Below are positions 38,744 through 52,690 of a stretch of DNA of 64,000 nucleotides, piece by piece. The notes beneath the pieces were generated by a model. That model ran no database searches. It worked only from the letters and a program-made list of their open reading frames with translations, and was not told where the DNA came from. Origin of the DNA: Octopus vulgaris. Its lineage: Eukaryota. The stretch is taken from NCBI GenBank assembly GCA_951406725.2, contig OX597815.1, positions 207,700,001-207,764,000 on the forward strand, read 5' to 3'. The position numbers and the translations under genes were made by a program. Each line of letters starts with the position of its first letter. The stretch's first letter is position 1.

Positions 38744-39297
38744 TGATAATATAAAGATTAAAACAAAACAAAAAAGAGAAAAGAAAAAGAACTGTTCTTT
38801 AGGATGTCTAAGGGCCAACAACAATTTTGGGTCTACTCAAAGTAACTAGAACTATTTGTATCAATGCTATTTCATCATCATCATCATCATCGTTTAACGT
38901 CCACTTTCCATGCTGGCCTGGGTTTGATGGTTTGACCAGGGACTGGTGAGCCGGATGGCTGCACCAGGCTCCAATCTGATCCGGCAGAGTTTCTACAGCT
39001 GGATGCCCTTCCTAATGCCAACCCCATTTAAAATTACTGATGCTGTAGTCACTAATATATATATGTTTGTTGACCATACTAATTCTTGCTCAGATTCCCC
39101 TCTCACTCCTCCCGTCCTCTGTTAGTAGGTTTCCAATGCATTGTCGAATCTGCTCCGGTCGATTTCCATTGATGTTGATTTGCAGATTCTCTGCTCTGTT
39201 CTTTCCAATTTTCATTACTTTGGTCTTTCTTCTTCTGGTTTATTCTCATCTTGTATTCCTCACCAACTTCAATCAGACTTGTCATGATAGTCTAGTA

Positions 39298-39516
39298 CAG
39301 TGCTTTTCAAACTTTTTGCTGGAGCAGAACCCCAAGGAGACATTCCACTGGCTCGAGGAAACCCTGTGCAATAATTTAATAGTCTTATGCACACATATCT
39401 GCATAGGAGACTTAAAAATTACTGCTGATTTTAGCAGTTTTGCAACTTCTTGCGGAACCCCTGCACTGTACTGGCGGAACCCTAAGGTTCCGCGGAACCC
39501 TGGTTGAAAACCACCG
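39298..39516. mobile_element. hAT MITE (inverted relative to 7626)
   Basis: 8-bp TSD GTCTAGTA. Confidence 0.88.
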
Positions 39517-40922
39517 GTCTAGTAAGCCATCTGCTGGTATTGCCTGGTTGTCTGAAAATCTCACAGTTTGTATCAGATGTCCATCAACCTGGACATCTTC
39601 TGTCACCTGAAGCATGACCTAACAAAGAAGCTGGTAGAAACCCTAGGATGAAGTGTGCTCTGCTATGACCCAGAAGCATGGACCATGAAGAAGCCTGATG
39701 TTAGGAGACTGGAAATCTGTGAGTTGAATGGAAGAGATCTAATGGAGGGAGCGGATGAGCAACAAAGAGGATGGATACCATCTGGAGAAAGAAAACATGA
39801 TGGATAGGACATTTTATGAGGTGAGAGACACAAGAAAACAGAAGAAACTGAGAGGGAGAAGACAAGCGATGAGGATGGATATTAAGCAGGAGAAGTTATA
39901 CAACTCAAAGAAGAGGACAGCACAGATTAGAGAGTGATGGAGAAGTTTCACATGCACAGGACTTAGCCAAGGGCAGATTAGTTGAGAGAGAATATGATAT
40001 ATTGTGAAAGTGCATAGCTTGGTGGCTAGGGTATTGCCCTTGCAATTGAAAGATCATGGTTCTGATTCTCAGACCAGTGAGGTACGTTGTGTTCATTAGC
40101 AGAACGCATCATTACACATTGCTCCAGTTCACTCAGCTGTAAATGATGTCCAGAAAAAGCTGGGAAGCCAACTCTGCGAAGGACTAGTGTCACATTCAGT
40201 TATGTTGAGGTTGTAATTTCAGTGACTCATAAGCCATGGAAATTGGGTCAAGCTTCATCCTTATGAGTTCAAGGGCTCATAAAGACCCAAGTTATTGTAA
40301 TATGATATTAAATACTCTTTAGGTCGTGAGCTAGCAGAATCATTAGCATGCCGGACAAAATGTTTAGTGATGTTTCATTCATCTTTATGTTCTCTGTTCA
40401 AATTCCATTGAGGTCGACTTGGCTCTCCATCCTTTTGGGGGGTCAATGAAATAAGTACCAGTTGAACACTGGGGTAGATGTAATTGACTTACCCTGTTCC
40501 TCAAAATTGCTGGTCTTGTGCCGAAATCTAAAACCAATTTTATTTACTTGCACACAGCACAGAACAGGCAGAATTGTTAGCATGCCAGGCAAAATACTTA
40601 ACGGCATCTCACCCATCTCTACATTCTCAGTTCAAACTCTGCCAAGGTTGATTTTGCCTTACAGCGTTGATAAATGAAGTACCAGTTGAACATTGGGGTC
40701 GATGTAATCAACTTAACCCCCCCCCACACACACACACACACCTCTGAAATTGCTTCCCAGTTTTTTTCTAGAAGTCATTTACAGCTGAGTGAACTGGAGC
40801 AATGTGTAATGATGCGTTCTGCTACAGAACACAATGTGACCCCACTGGTCTGAGAATCAGAACCATGATCTTTCAGCTGTAAGGGCAATACCCTAACCAC
40901 TAAGATATGCACTTTCACAATA

Positions 40923-41210
40923 TCTTTATATATAAAAGAGAGGTTGTGTTCTGTCTGTCTCCTACGATTTAGATTCCTAACTACTCCCACATTTTGCGGT
41001 GCAGTTTAACCAAAACCGGGTATCTTATAGTCGTGATTCATATCGAGCCCTTCTGGGTATTAGCGCACGTCTACGATGAGTCTACGATTTAAAAAAAATT
41101 TACCATCATTTTTTTTCCATTTTTAATGCATTTTTTGGCTATAAGTCTCTAAAAATGCTTATATAGTTATTTCCCTTACAAACCCGAACAACGCCAGGAG
41201 ATACTGCTAG
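40923..41210 (+). mobile_element. Non-autonomous Helitron, second (shorter) copy
   Basis: Same TC...CTAG ends and body as 38343, lacking one internal subrepeat. Confidence 0.83.
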
Positions 41211-41659
41211 TGATAATATAATTAGTATCACATAGCAAATGTTAAAGTTGTTTTTATTATGTTCTTACGTTGTTATTCTAAGAACAATAACCAAAGTTTA
41301 TTGCTGCTTGGATCATCACTTTTTTTTTTAATTATGAAATTGTTTATGAAGCTGATTTCTTACAAAACTGAAAGTCAAGAGATTGAATTCCAAGCTACAC
41401 CACATGAGAAGAATCCTGTTCATAGATGTTACATGTTGCCTTTATGAATGAAGCCAATAACATGTGAGTGTGTGTGTTTTGTGTGTACGTAGTGTATATA
41501 TATATATATATATGTATATGTGTGTAAACACACACACACACATATATATATAAGTTGATGTTAGAGCCCAATGTAGCCCTGTGGCTCACCAGGTCCTTTC
41601 AAACCATTCAACCCATGCTGCCATGGAAAACAGACATTGAAAGATGATGATGATTATAT

Positions 41660-42000
41660 ATATAGCCGTTCGCCAGCCTCGTCTGGCACCTGTGTCGGTG
41701 GCACATAAGAAAACACTGAAAACACCATCCGAGCGTGGCTGTCTGCCAGCCTCGTCTGGCACCTGTGTCGGTGGCACATAAAAAACACCATCCGAGCGTG
41801 GCCGTCTGCCACCTGTGTCGGTGGCACATAAAATCACCCACTACACTCTCGGAGTGGTTGGCGTTAGGAAGGGCATCCAGCCGTAGAAACGTTGCCAGAT
41901 CAGACTGGGCCTGATGCAGCCTTCTGGCTTCCCAGACCCCTGTTGAACCGTCCAACCCAAGCTAGCATGGAGAATGGACGTTAAATGATGATGATGATGA
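41660..42000 (+). mobile_element. Retroposon family D, 5'-truncated
   Basis: Minisatellite units plus 3' end and (GAT)n tail. Confidence 0.75.
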
Positions 42001-42745
42001 TTATATATATTACACACACACACACACATATATATGTATGTATGTATGTATGTGTATATACAGATACATACATAAATATACGAATGTATACACCTACACA
42101 TTAACACTATCCAATCTTCCGTGGTATTTGCTCTGAGTGTTTTATTTCCTCCTGATTTATTACACCAATCAGCAGTTTTATAGCCAACTTATTATTTGTA
42201 GACGTATTTCGCAACGATAACTTATGACAACATAATCACCATCATCACCATCATCGTCATCATAACAATAACCACCACCACTGCATCACTCACTATTGCT
42301 TGTAGGTTCAGCAACAGGCATCATCAAGTCCAGCCTCCTTATCATCAACCTACACAAATCCCACTCAATTCCAGCTGGTGATATTTTGATTTAAAATGTT
42401 TAAACTATATTTGCATTATATTTATAGAATCAATAACATGTTTTCAACCCCTTCTTAGACGAAATTTCAGGAAAAATTTGTTCCCAGATTTAATATAAAC
42501 ATACGTATGTATTACACACTTTTACCCTCAACACATAACAACCCACACACGCAGAATGTAAACAAAAACATAGACGAAAGTTATCTTGTAGCAGATGATT
42601 AATTATTAAATATAAAATGGGTTTTTTTTTTCTTTCTGTGAATGAAAATAATGACAATCAGTTTTTCTTATCTTATCTATACCATAAAAATGGTAACTTT
42701 CAAACTACGATATTGCAAATGACAAATATTAGTCAGTCAATATTA

Positions 42746-42910
42746 GGCGCAGGAGTGGCTGTGTGGTAAGTAGCTTGCTTACCAACCACATGGTTCCGGG
42801 TTCAGACCCACTGCGTGGCACCTTGGGTAAGTATCTTCTACTATAGCCTCGAGCCGACCAAAGCCTTGTGAGTGGATTTGGTAGACGGAAACTGAAAGAA
42901 GCCCGTCGTA

Positions 42911-42994
<84 letters not shown>

Positions 42995-43183
42995 TCCTCC
43001 TAGCATTGCTTGACAACCGATGCTGGTGTGTTTATGTCCCCGTCACTTAGCGGTTCGGCAAAAGAGACCGATAGAATAAGTACTGGGCTTACAAAGAATA
43101 AGTCCCGGGGTCGAGTTGCTCGACTAAAGGCGGTGCTCCAGCATGGCCGCAGTCAAATGGCTGAAACAAGTAAAAGAGTAAAA
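42746..43183 (+). mobile_element. SINE family A (young)
   Basis: Full-length family A sequence. Confidence 0.9.
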
Positions 43184-43454
43184 GTCTGTTTATAGGGGTT
43201 TCTTTATGTAATTAAAGAGATCTTTTCCGTGATAGTGGTGGGAGCTGGGGGTGGTGGTGCAGTTAATTACTTATTCTCCCATCAATTGAATAGCAGTATT
43301 AATAGTTATACACACTAGTACCTTACCATATTACTTGTAGAAAGACATAAGGTTTAAGAACTCAAAAATATAAAGAATTGGTTAATATTTAAAGTAACAA
43401 GTTTGGTCCAAAACAACATAATAATAATGATAATAACAACAACAATAATAATCA

Positions 43455-44365
43455 TTATAATGGTTTCGAATTTTGCCACAAGGGCAGCAATTTTGGAGGG
43501 GAGGTCTGAGTCGATTACATCGACCCCAGTATTCAGCTGGTACTTATGTTATCGACACCGAAAGAATGAAAGGTAAAGCCGACCTCAGCGGAATTTGAAC
43601 TCAGAACGTAGCATTAACGGGCGGAATACCGCTAAGCATTTCGTCTGGTGCGCTAACGATTCTGCCAACTCGCCAATAATAATAATAATTCTCTCTACTT
43701 TTAAGCACAAGACTTGAAATATTTTAGGATGGTGTAGTAATTGATTACATTAACAACCATCAATCAACTATTACTTATTTTATTGACCCCCGAAAGGAGG
43801 AAAAACAAAGATGACCTCAGTGGAATTTGAACTCAGAACATAAAGCCGAAAGAAATGCCGCTAGCATCTTGTCCAGTGTGCGAACAATTCTGCCAGCTCA
43901 CCATGATGATGATGATAATAATACTAATAATAAAAATAGTAGTAGTAGTAGTAATAATAATAATAATAATAATAATAATCCTTTCTACTATAGACACAAG
44001 ACCCGAAACTTTGCAGGGTGGGGACGAGTCAATTACATCAACCCCACTGATTCACTGGTACTTAATTTATCGACCCCATAAAAGATGAAAGGCAAAGTTG
44101 ACCTCGGCAGAATTTGAGCTCAGACCACAAAGACAAAGAAATACCATTAAGGATTTCACCCGGCGTGCCAACGATTCTGCCAGCTCACCATTTTAATGAT
44201 GATGATGATAATAATAATAATAATAATAATATTCTTTTCTACTCTAAGCACAAGGTCCAAATTTTTCGGGAGGGGACCAGTCGATTAGATCGACCCCAGT
44301 TCGCAACTGGTACTTAATTTATCGACCCCGAAAGGATGAAATGCGAAGTCGACTTCGGCGGAATA
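43455..44365 (-). mobile_element. Cluster of four same-orientation SINE B-variant copies separated by (AAT)n
   Basis: Repeated ...tcgaccccgaaaggatgaaaggcaaagt.gacctc..cggaatttgaactcag blocks. Confidence 0.75.
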
Positions 44366-46221
44366 ATAATAATAATAATGATAATAATGCACTATTACTA
44401 ACTAAACAGATTCTTATAAATGATAAAAATCGTTAATTTTCTAGCTTATTAAGTTTTTAACATTAAAAAGTAACTTGCTGGCCTTGTGCCAAAATTTGGA
44501 AGAATTGTCTGAAAGTAACTTTTAGAAAATACAATCTGTTAAACATTACCAAGTTAAAAGATTGGTAACTAATTGTAAAGAAGCAATTTAGTTGGTTTGT
44601 AATTACTCAAATCCAATCACTTGCATTATTTGTATATCCTAAAATTTCCCCACAGCTAATTTTTGTAATTTCTGTGTCTTATCTGAACCCTTTTTCCTAA
44701 ATTTAATACGTTTTCAAAAATGTTTACTTCATACTCTTTAAATTTTCTATACAACTTCTCATAAATAAACATCAGGAAATCTGCCATTTCTCTACAATTG
44801 GTTATCTTTTTTGCTATCACTAAGAGAAAAAGATCCAAAAATACGTCATAGACTGTGTTTAATGTAACAATAATTAGTTCCGTTATCAATATGCCTGCAA
44901 TATATCTAACAAAGCTATCTTAAATATTCATCGTTGTAATTAGACCCAGTGTAATTCTTACTAAACTGATTGCCAAAAATATCATCATAACACATATTTT
45001 GACATATCTACTGACTTATACCTCCTAGCATAATATCAACATTTTCTTTAAGAAGTTTACAATCGCTAACAACAAAAACGACAACAACAACAACCTGTCC
45101 ATTAATCTCTCTCTCGCACTTACCATCTTTTCCAATAATACTGCTAAGATATAAATCTACATATTGTGAATTCAAGGTATCAACTTCAAGAAGCTTTTCA
45201 TAAAAATACACTTCCGAATTCTAAATGAAAGAATGTTGGTTCCATGTTGAAGTGAAGAGCAAACAAGCTTGGAGTATTGAAGAGAAGAATTTAGTTTGGT
45301 TGCTTCTCAGCAAGACTTGACCTTTCGTAGCACCAGAGTCAATGAATCATAAAAATATCATATCTGGATATTTGTAGCAGCCGGGACATAACTGATACGC
45401 TATTAGGTTTGGAGTTAATCCTACAATCTCTCTCTCTCTCTCTCTCCCTCTCTTTCTCTCTCTCTCATTCACTTTCCATCCCTCTCCCTTTTGCTTTCTT
45501 TAACAGAATTGATTAAAATAATGGGACAAACAAAAGAAATTAAGAGTTGTACCAAACAAAAAAACAACAACACTAGTTTGTGTAGTTATAATAATACAAG
45601 ACGTCATCACTATACACATTGGTAATTAGATGCTTTGGGTCGAATTATCTTCGAAGATATCACAGACTTCAATCACTGGCTGGAAGTTCAAGTCAAAAGA
45701 ATGTAGATTCAAACGAGCATATGTTAAATATTTTGATTCCATTAACAGACAATATTATTATTGTTGTTAGACCGTATATACATATACAAGAAAAATAATA
45801 CGGAAAATAGTCATACCATTGCTTTCCTTTACCATTTATACAGAGGTTAGGTAATATTTATAAATAATGTTTAGACCCAAAGGCATTATGTATGCGTATG
45901 GTCGAAGTGGTGGTGGTGGTGAAAGGGAGAAAGGGAAAGAGAGAACGATAGAGCAAAAGAGAGAGAGAGAAAGTGGTGGGTGAATAGAAAAAGAGAATTC
46001 CCAAGTTAATACAGAAGAAACCTACACCGAATAATTTATTTTCACTTATTAATACTTCGCTTGCAATTAAAAGAAAGAAAAATAGAAGACTGTGAGACTT
46101 TTGAGCTTTACTTGATGGAATTATTAAGGGAAGTGTAACCACAGTTTGAGCAATCGAAATTGGTGCTATCGAAATTTGTCTTCGCAGTTCGATTACTCTA
46201 TAAGTCTCAAATTCACACCCC

Positions 46222-46483
<262 letters not shown>

Positions 46484-47151
46484 GGTGTGAATTTATCTAT
46501 CTATCTATGTATATAAAAACTGAGAGAAATAGAACATTTTCTTTCTTTTCTTTCGGTGAACTGAGGCAAACACATGCAGGTATATTCTATCGAAGGCTTA
46601 TATTTATATTCGCACAGACCTTTATAGTATTATTACTAAGAGAAAGAATATCAGAAAAATCAATGCGTACGCGAGTATGTGCGTGTGCACGCACACACGC
46701 ACGTTCGCACGGCAGTGGCAACGGAGTGTTTGTTTCTGCGAAAGTGGGGAGGCATTGAAAACAAGAGAGGCTGACTGCCAATGATGACAAATGTATCAAT
46801 CAACGAAGGGGTAACCAAGGTACATACACATATATATATACATATATATATATATAGACACGGTATTGAATATAGGGCAGCTTTGTTGATAACAGCAATA
46901 TTTTCCTTACTGCTGAAGCAACAAAGCACACACGGCACATCGGGTCGTAAAGTGAAAGTGAAGGAGAAGAAGGAGAAGAAGAAGAAAAAGGTAATTAAAA
47001 TAGAAAATTGTAATGCCAAGAGGAAGGAGAGCAAGGCGGAAAGAGAAAGGATCCGAGACTTGTCGATTAAAGTTGGAGAGAGAGAGAGAGATTGCACGAA
47101 CATCCGTGTGTGTTTAACGGTTCATCCTTTCCATTGTGTGTTTGTGCGTTG

Positions 47152-47189
<38 letters not shown>

Positions 47190-48829
47190 TATATATATAT
47201 ATATACGTGTATGTATGTAGTTTGTGAGAAACCGAAATATGGGTAGATAAACCAAAAGATGAAGGAAAAAGACATGTTACAATAGATCGATCGAAAAGGT
47301 AGGAGTAAAAAGAGAGACGTTAAAACAGCGACGATGTTTTCTACATACTTTCTTTTTTTTCTCTCCTTTCTTTCTTTTAAGGAACAAACTGACCTGCAAA
47401 ATTTTAGATTCCCAAGAATTTCATGCAGAATCAGTATTTCCCGTTGCTCCTTTGTACATCGTTAACGGAGGAACTATCTTGCTTTTCCTTATTACATCCT
47501 TGGTTCCCATCCATATTACAAATTTCATTCTTTAAAATGACATATTTTCCGACACCATTTATGTTTGATAGTGATGGTGATGGTGGTGGTAGTGGTGGAA
47601 ACGAGGGTGGTGGTTGCGGTGGTGATATTGGTGATCGTGGTGGTGGTGGTGGCGGTGATATTGGTGATCGTGGTAGTAACGGTGGATGTCAGCAGTGCCG
47701 GGATATGGTGCTTGCGCTGCTGGTGGCGACGGTGCTCTGTGGTGCTGGGACATGACTGTGGTTTGTGGCAGTTGTGATAATCATTCGAAGGTGTGAGTGA
47801 GCAAGAGTGGCAATATTTCGCAAGGTTTATTATTATTATTATTATTCCATTGTAAACCAAAATCTTGTATTAAGATATCTTTTGGCACAAGAAAATGGAG
47901 GGTGTTAGAATATCTGAGAAATACCATCTGCTTTCCCATCTTTGTACGTCACATTGTGGCCGTCTTCTTTCGTCTAATCGTCACCCAACAACTTAATTAC
48001 AACCATATTTTTTTTAATTAACAGAATTAAAATTTATTTAAGTAATCGATGAAGAAAAGAAGAAACAGAAATATCTTAAACACCTGACTGGTACCGATAG
48101 AAATCTAAAACAAAATAATTAGGAAAGGAGTCGAGCAAAGATGGAGAGTAAGAAATAAAGCGGTGGGGGTGAACCAAGATAACCGAAGTTTGAATTACAT
48201 CAACTAATAACAGAATTTTCCACTTATTTCTGCCAATTAAAAATATTAAGAAAAAAAGAAATAAGGTGACAAAATAAAGAAGGAATAACATTACCAAAAA
48301 AAAAGAAAATCAGTTAATAAGCCAACGACAAACATTAAATAAATGGTGGCGAAATATTTTTAATAGAAGAATGTCCCTTGGAGACCATCATCGTCTTTCT
48401 CTCTGTCTGTCTGTCTCTCTCGAAGAAATCAAGCCATTATTGATCCCCTTCTCTTCACCCTTTCTCTCTATTTCTTTATCTCTTCCGTCCTGCCCCCCTC
48501 TCTTTCTCCCGTGCTCTGTCTCTCTATCTCTCTCTTTCTCTTTCTTTCCTCATCCTCTTCTCTGACACTTTTTTCCCTCTTTCCGTGTCAAATCATCTTC
48601 GGAAAGAGAAGAAATGAAACAAAAAAAAAAAAGAAAAACCACCACCAACAATAACAACGAACAAAAAAAAAACCCCAAACCCAGTCAAACTAAAACTGCC
48701 TGTGCTTGTTTCCAGTAGCACATTGATCTAAGAATGATGGTTTATTTTTAGCTACAGACCACACAGCTGCAGACTTCTGCTTCCTAGGTTTATTTATAGC
48801 CAAACACTGGCTGTGAGATAATCGTTTAG

Positions 48830-48869
<40 letters not shown>

Positions 48870-49241
48870 AACAAAGCCTGCCTCTTTCTTAATTTAAACA
48901 TTTAGGAAAAGGTGGAGAGAGAGAGAGAAGTGCGCGGAAGCATTGGTCGTAAACAATGTATTTTTGAATATAGTTTGAATTGATATAAACAATGTTGTTT
49001 CTCAGCAACAAAGCAAACGGAACGAAGAAAGAATAGACACGTTAATTATTAGAACGAGTACAAAGTACCAGTGGCATTGTTTGTTACCTTTATCTGTTTT
49101 GTTTTTTTTTGTTTTTCTTACACCTACATCAAAATTAGAAACACATGGACAGCGGAAAAAAATGGTGTTACTCATTCATTCATAAAAATTATATCTTCAA
49201 ACGCACCAACTGGGTTTATACTCAATTTTTGTTTACATTTC

Positions 49242-49304
<63 letters not shown>

Positions 49305-49326
49305 TACATATATTTGTGTGTGTGGG

Positions 49327-49370
<44 letters not shown>

Positions 49371-49439
49371 TATATATACATATATATATATATAGATCAA
49401 TAAATGGTATGTGTGTGTGTATATATATATATATACCCC

Positions 49440-49480
<41 letters not shown>

Positions 49481-49697
49481 CTAAAAATAAGGGTGTCTGA
49501 GAGACACCACCATGCCGAAATAGCAGTCAAATCCCTGACTCTAAGAACCACCTTAAAATGTTCGTATCGCACCATGAGATAATAGTTGTAAAAATTGTAA
49601 AAAATGATTACCTTTGTATGGTACTTATTCCCATGCTGGCCACTTGATAATACCGATATTTAAATATCGATATTATCCTTATTTATAAATATATATT

Positions 49698-49754
<57 letters not shown>

Positions 49755-49896
49755 ATGATGTTTACAGGGAACACTGTTTCGGGTCCATCAACAATCAGAT
49801 ACCCTCACCCAAGCGGCCCAGACGGGATTGCTAAAACAAGCCCCAGCTTGCGTCCAATTAGCACCCCACCCCTCCTAGGACTCACACCTCCTGATA

Positions 49897-49945
<49 letters not shown>

Positions 49946-51847
49946 CCTGCAACTATCAGAATTGATAAAATAATTATAATTTTGAACTTCCGAAAAACAA
50001 CAAAAAAAAATTATTTTTTAAGCCGCACAAAAATACAGAACTTTAAAGGTTTAAGCAAAATAGCTAATAATAATGTTTATAAACAAAACAAATGTTTTTC
50101 AAAAATAAACGAGCACCGTAGAGACATCCAGTTTATAATTAGTGAAGATGAGAAGAAATTAGATAAAAATTAAAACCTATAAGGTATATTTTTATATCTT
50201 CACAGTAAACTTAATTACAGACTGGATAGATATTAAAAAATATTTTTTCAGCTTTGGATAAAATAAATATGCATAGTATATTCACATATGTATAATACGC
50301 AACATAAATATAGATTTTAACTTTAGAGTGATGTCCATATGGAAAAGATCGAAGTTTTATTATAAGACAAGGCTGTGTCAAAAATAGATTTGTTGTATTC
50401 CACGGTTGAAATCTTTATTTAGATTTGCTGTATTTTGGTTGTGGCTCTTTTTTTTCTTGTTCCTAATTAAACCTTCCATGCAATATAAAGAAGCTCTTGA
50501 TGCGAACATACATACACAAATTCTCTCTCTGTCTCACGCACACACACATGTATATATGTATATATAGATACGTAGATATAAATATATATTCATATCTATT
50601 TATATCTTTGTATGCATGTATATCTATATTTATATATATATATATAGATAGATAAATATATATTTATCTCCCTCTTTTTCTCCACACACACACATTCATA
50701 TATGTCTAGTCATGGAAATCTTCCTGTATAGTTATATTTAAAGAGCAATATCTAATATCAAGTCGAAATGAAAATATCTATTATTAGCATTTATATTATT
50801 ATTATTATTAATGTTATTATTATTATTATTATCATCATTATTGTTATAAAAACAGAAAGAGATAAACAGAGAAAGGGGAGAACTTGGATGTAGAACGAAC
50901 CCCTACCTTAGATTTGGCTGGAAAATATAAAACGGTAGCCGCATTTGTAGGACAAGGAAAAAAAAGCACACGGTCTGAATCCTTTGGATATACATCCATA
51001 CGCACACATACACATGTATATTTCTATATTAATGTGTATATATATGTGTGTGTATGATTGCGTGTGTGTGAGTGTTACATGGCAAGGTGAAGTGATTTGT
51101 TTATAAATTGAGTTTGTCGACATTCAGTGGGCGAAAATGCTGACCAGATGGACCGATAGATATAAAATACGACCATCTCCACAACAAAAACAACGGTAGA
51201 TGCTGAGTAAGAAGGCAGAAACGTCTTTGAAAATGAAGAGAGAAATGTACGATGTATGGTAAAAACCAAAATCTTCAGTTGAGTGCCAGTACGAAACTGC
51301 TTTGGACAGAAACAGACATTATACACTGCGGGTATAAATAACTATAACACGTGCAGAGGTTTATATTTAGAAAGTGAAACTGAAAGAAGTTAACTAGCCT
51401 CGCCGAATCTAAGCTAATCTAGTCTAGTCAGCCTAGCATAGCCATTTTGTGCTTGTGAATTAAACTATGGGTGGAAAAGATTGATTAACTGATAAATGGT
51501 AAACAAACAGAGGAGGCCAGTTTTTTTTATTATTGTTATTTGGATGTTGATAAAACGGCTTGATGGGCACAAAGACAGGTAATAATAATAATAATGGAAA
51601 TAGATAATTTGAGCTATGAGTAGTAGGCTGTACAGGGATAAAATGAATAAGAGCCAATATATATATAAATGCATACGATAAGATCTAATTGTGTAATATG
51701 TATAGAGTAAATTGTATGTGTATATATATGTAGGTGTGTATAAATATATATTTATATACATACAAGTTTAGTGATGCAAATAGGAAAAACAGTGCTAGAA
51801 ACATGAATGTGTGTGTGTATATATGCATATGTGTATATATATATATA

Positions 51848-52287
51848 CTCTTTTACTCTCTTTACTCTTTTACTTGTTTCAGTCATTTGACTGCGGCCAT
51901 GCTAGAGCACCGCTTTTCTTGAACAAATCAACCCCAGGACTTATTCTTTGGAAGCCTAGTACTTATTCTATCGGTCTCTTTTGCTGAGCCGTTAAGTTAT
52001 GGGAACGTAAACACACCGACTTCGGTTGTCAGGCGATTTGAGGGGATAAATACATGCATGCATACATACATACATACATATATATATACATACATACATG
52101 CATACCTACCTACATACATATATATACGACGAGCTTCTTTTAGTTTCTGTCTTCTAAATCCACTCACAAGGCTTTTGTTGGCCCGAGGCTATAGTAGAAG
52201 ACAGTTGCATAAGGTGCCATGCAGTGGGACTGAACCCTGAACCATGTGGTTGGGAATCAAGCCTCTTACTACATAGTTACTTCTGCG

Positions 52288-52290
<3 letters not shown>
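51848..52290 (-). mobile_element. SINE family A (older)
   Basis: Reverse-complement family A. Confidence 0.82.
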
Positions 52291-52326
<36 letters not shown>

Positions 52327-52373
52327 AGAGAGAGAGACAAAGAGAGAGGTATTAAACACGTATCCCACACACG

Positions 52374-52489
<116 letters not shown>

Positions 52490-52690
52490 CCTGGAGAGGA
52501 ACTTTGCAAGACACAATGAGGTTGCTTTTGGGTCCCATATGGGAAGTAGGTGGAACCTCCTCCTCACATCAAGAATTCACAGAGCCCTTTCCTGAATCTC
52601 TAGAACCTTCCTTGGGTTTCTCATCCTCAGACTGATGTACCGACTGAACCCATAGGTCCTGTGCATATATATATATATATATATAGAGAG

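Noticed and set aside
44656-44889. 77-aa minus ORF that looks viral or AT-rich coding
   Set aside because: Non-ATG start, no recognisable motif and no flanking splice signals. The length is compatible with chance.
46660-46712. Hairpin-like GC/GT block (miRNA candidate)
   Set aside because: The pairing comes from (GT)/(AC)/(GC) dinucleotide repeats, and I recognise no known mature miRNA.
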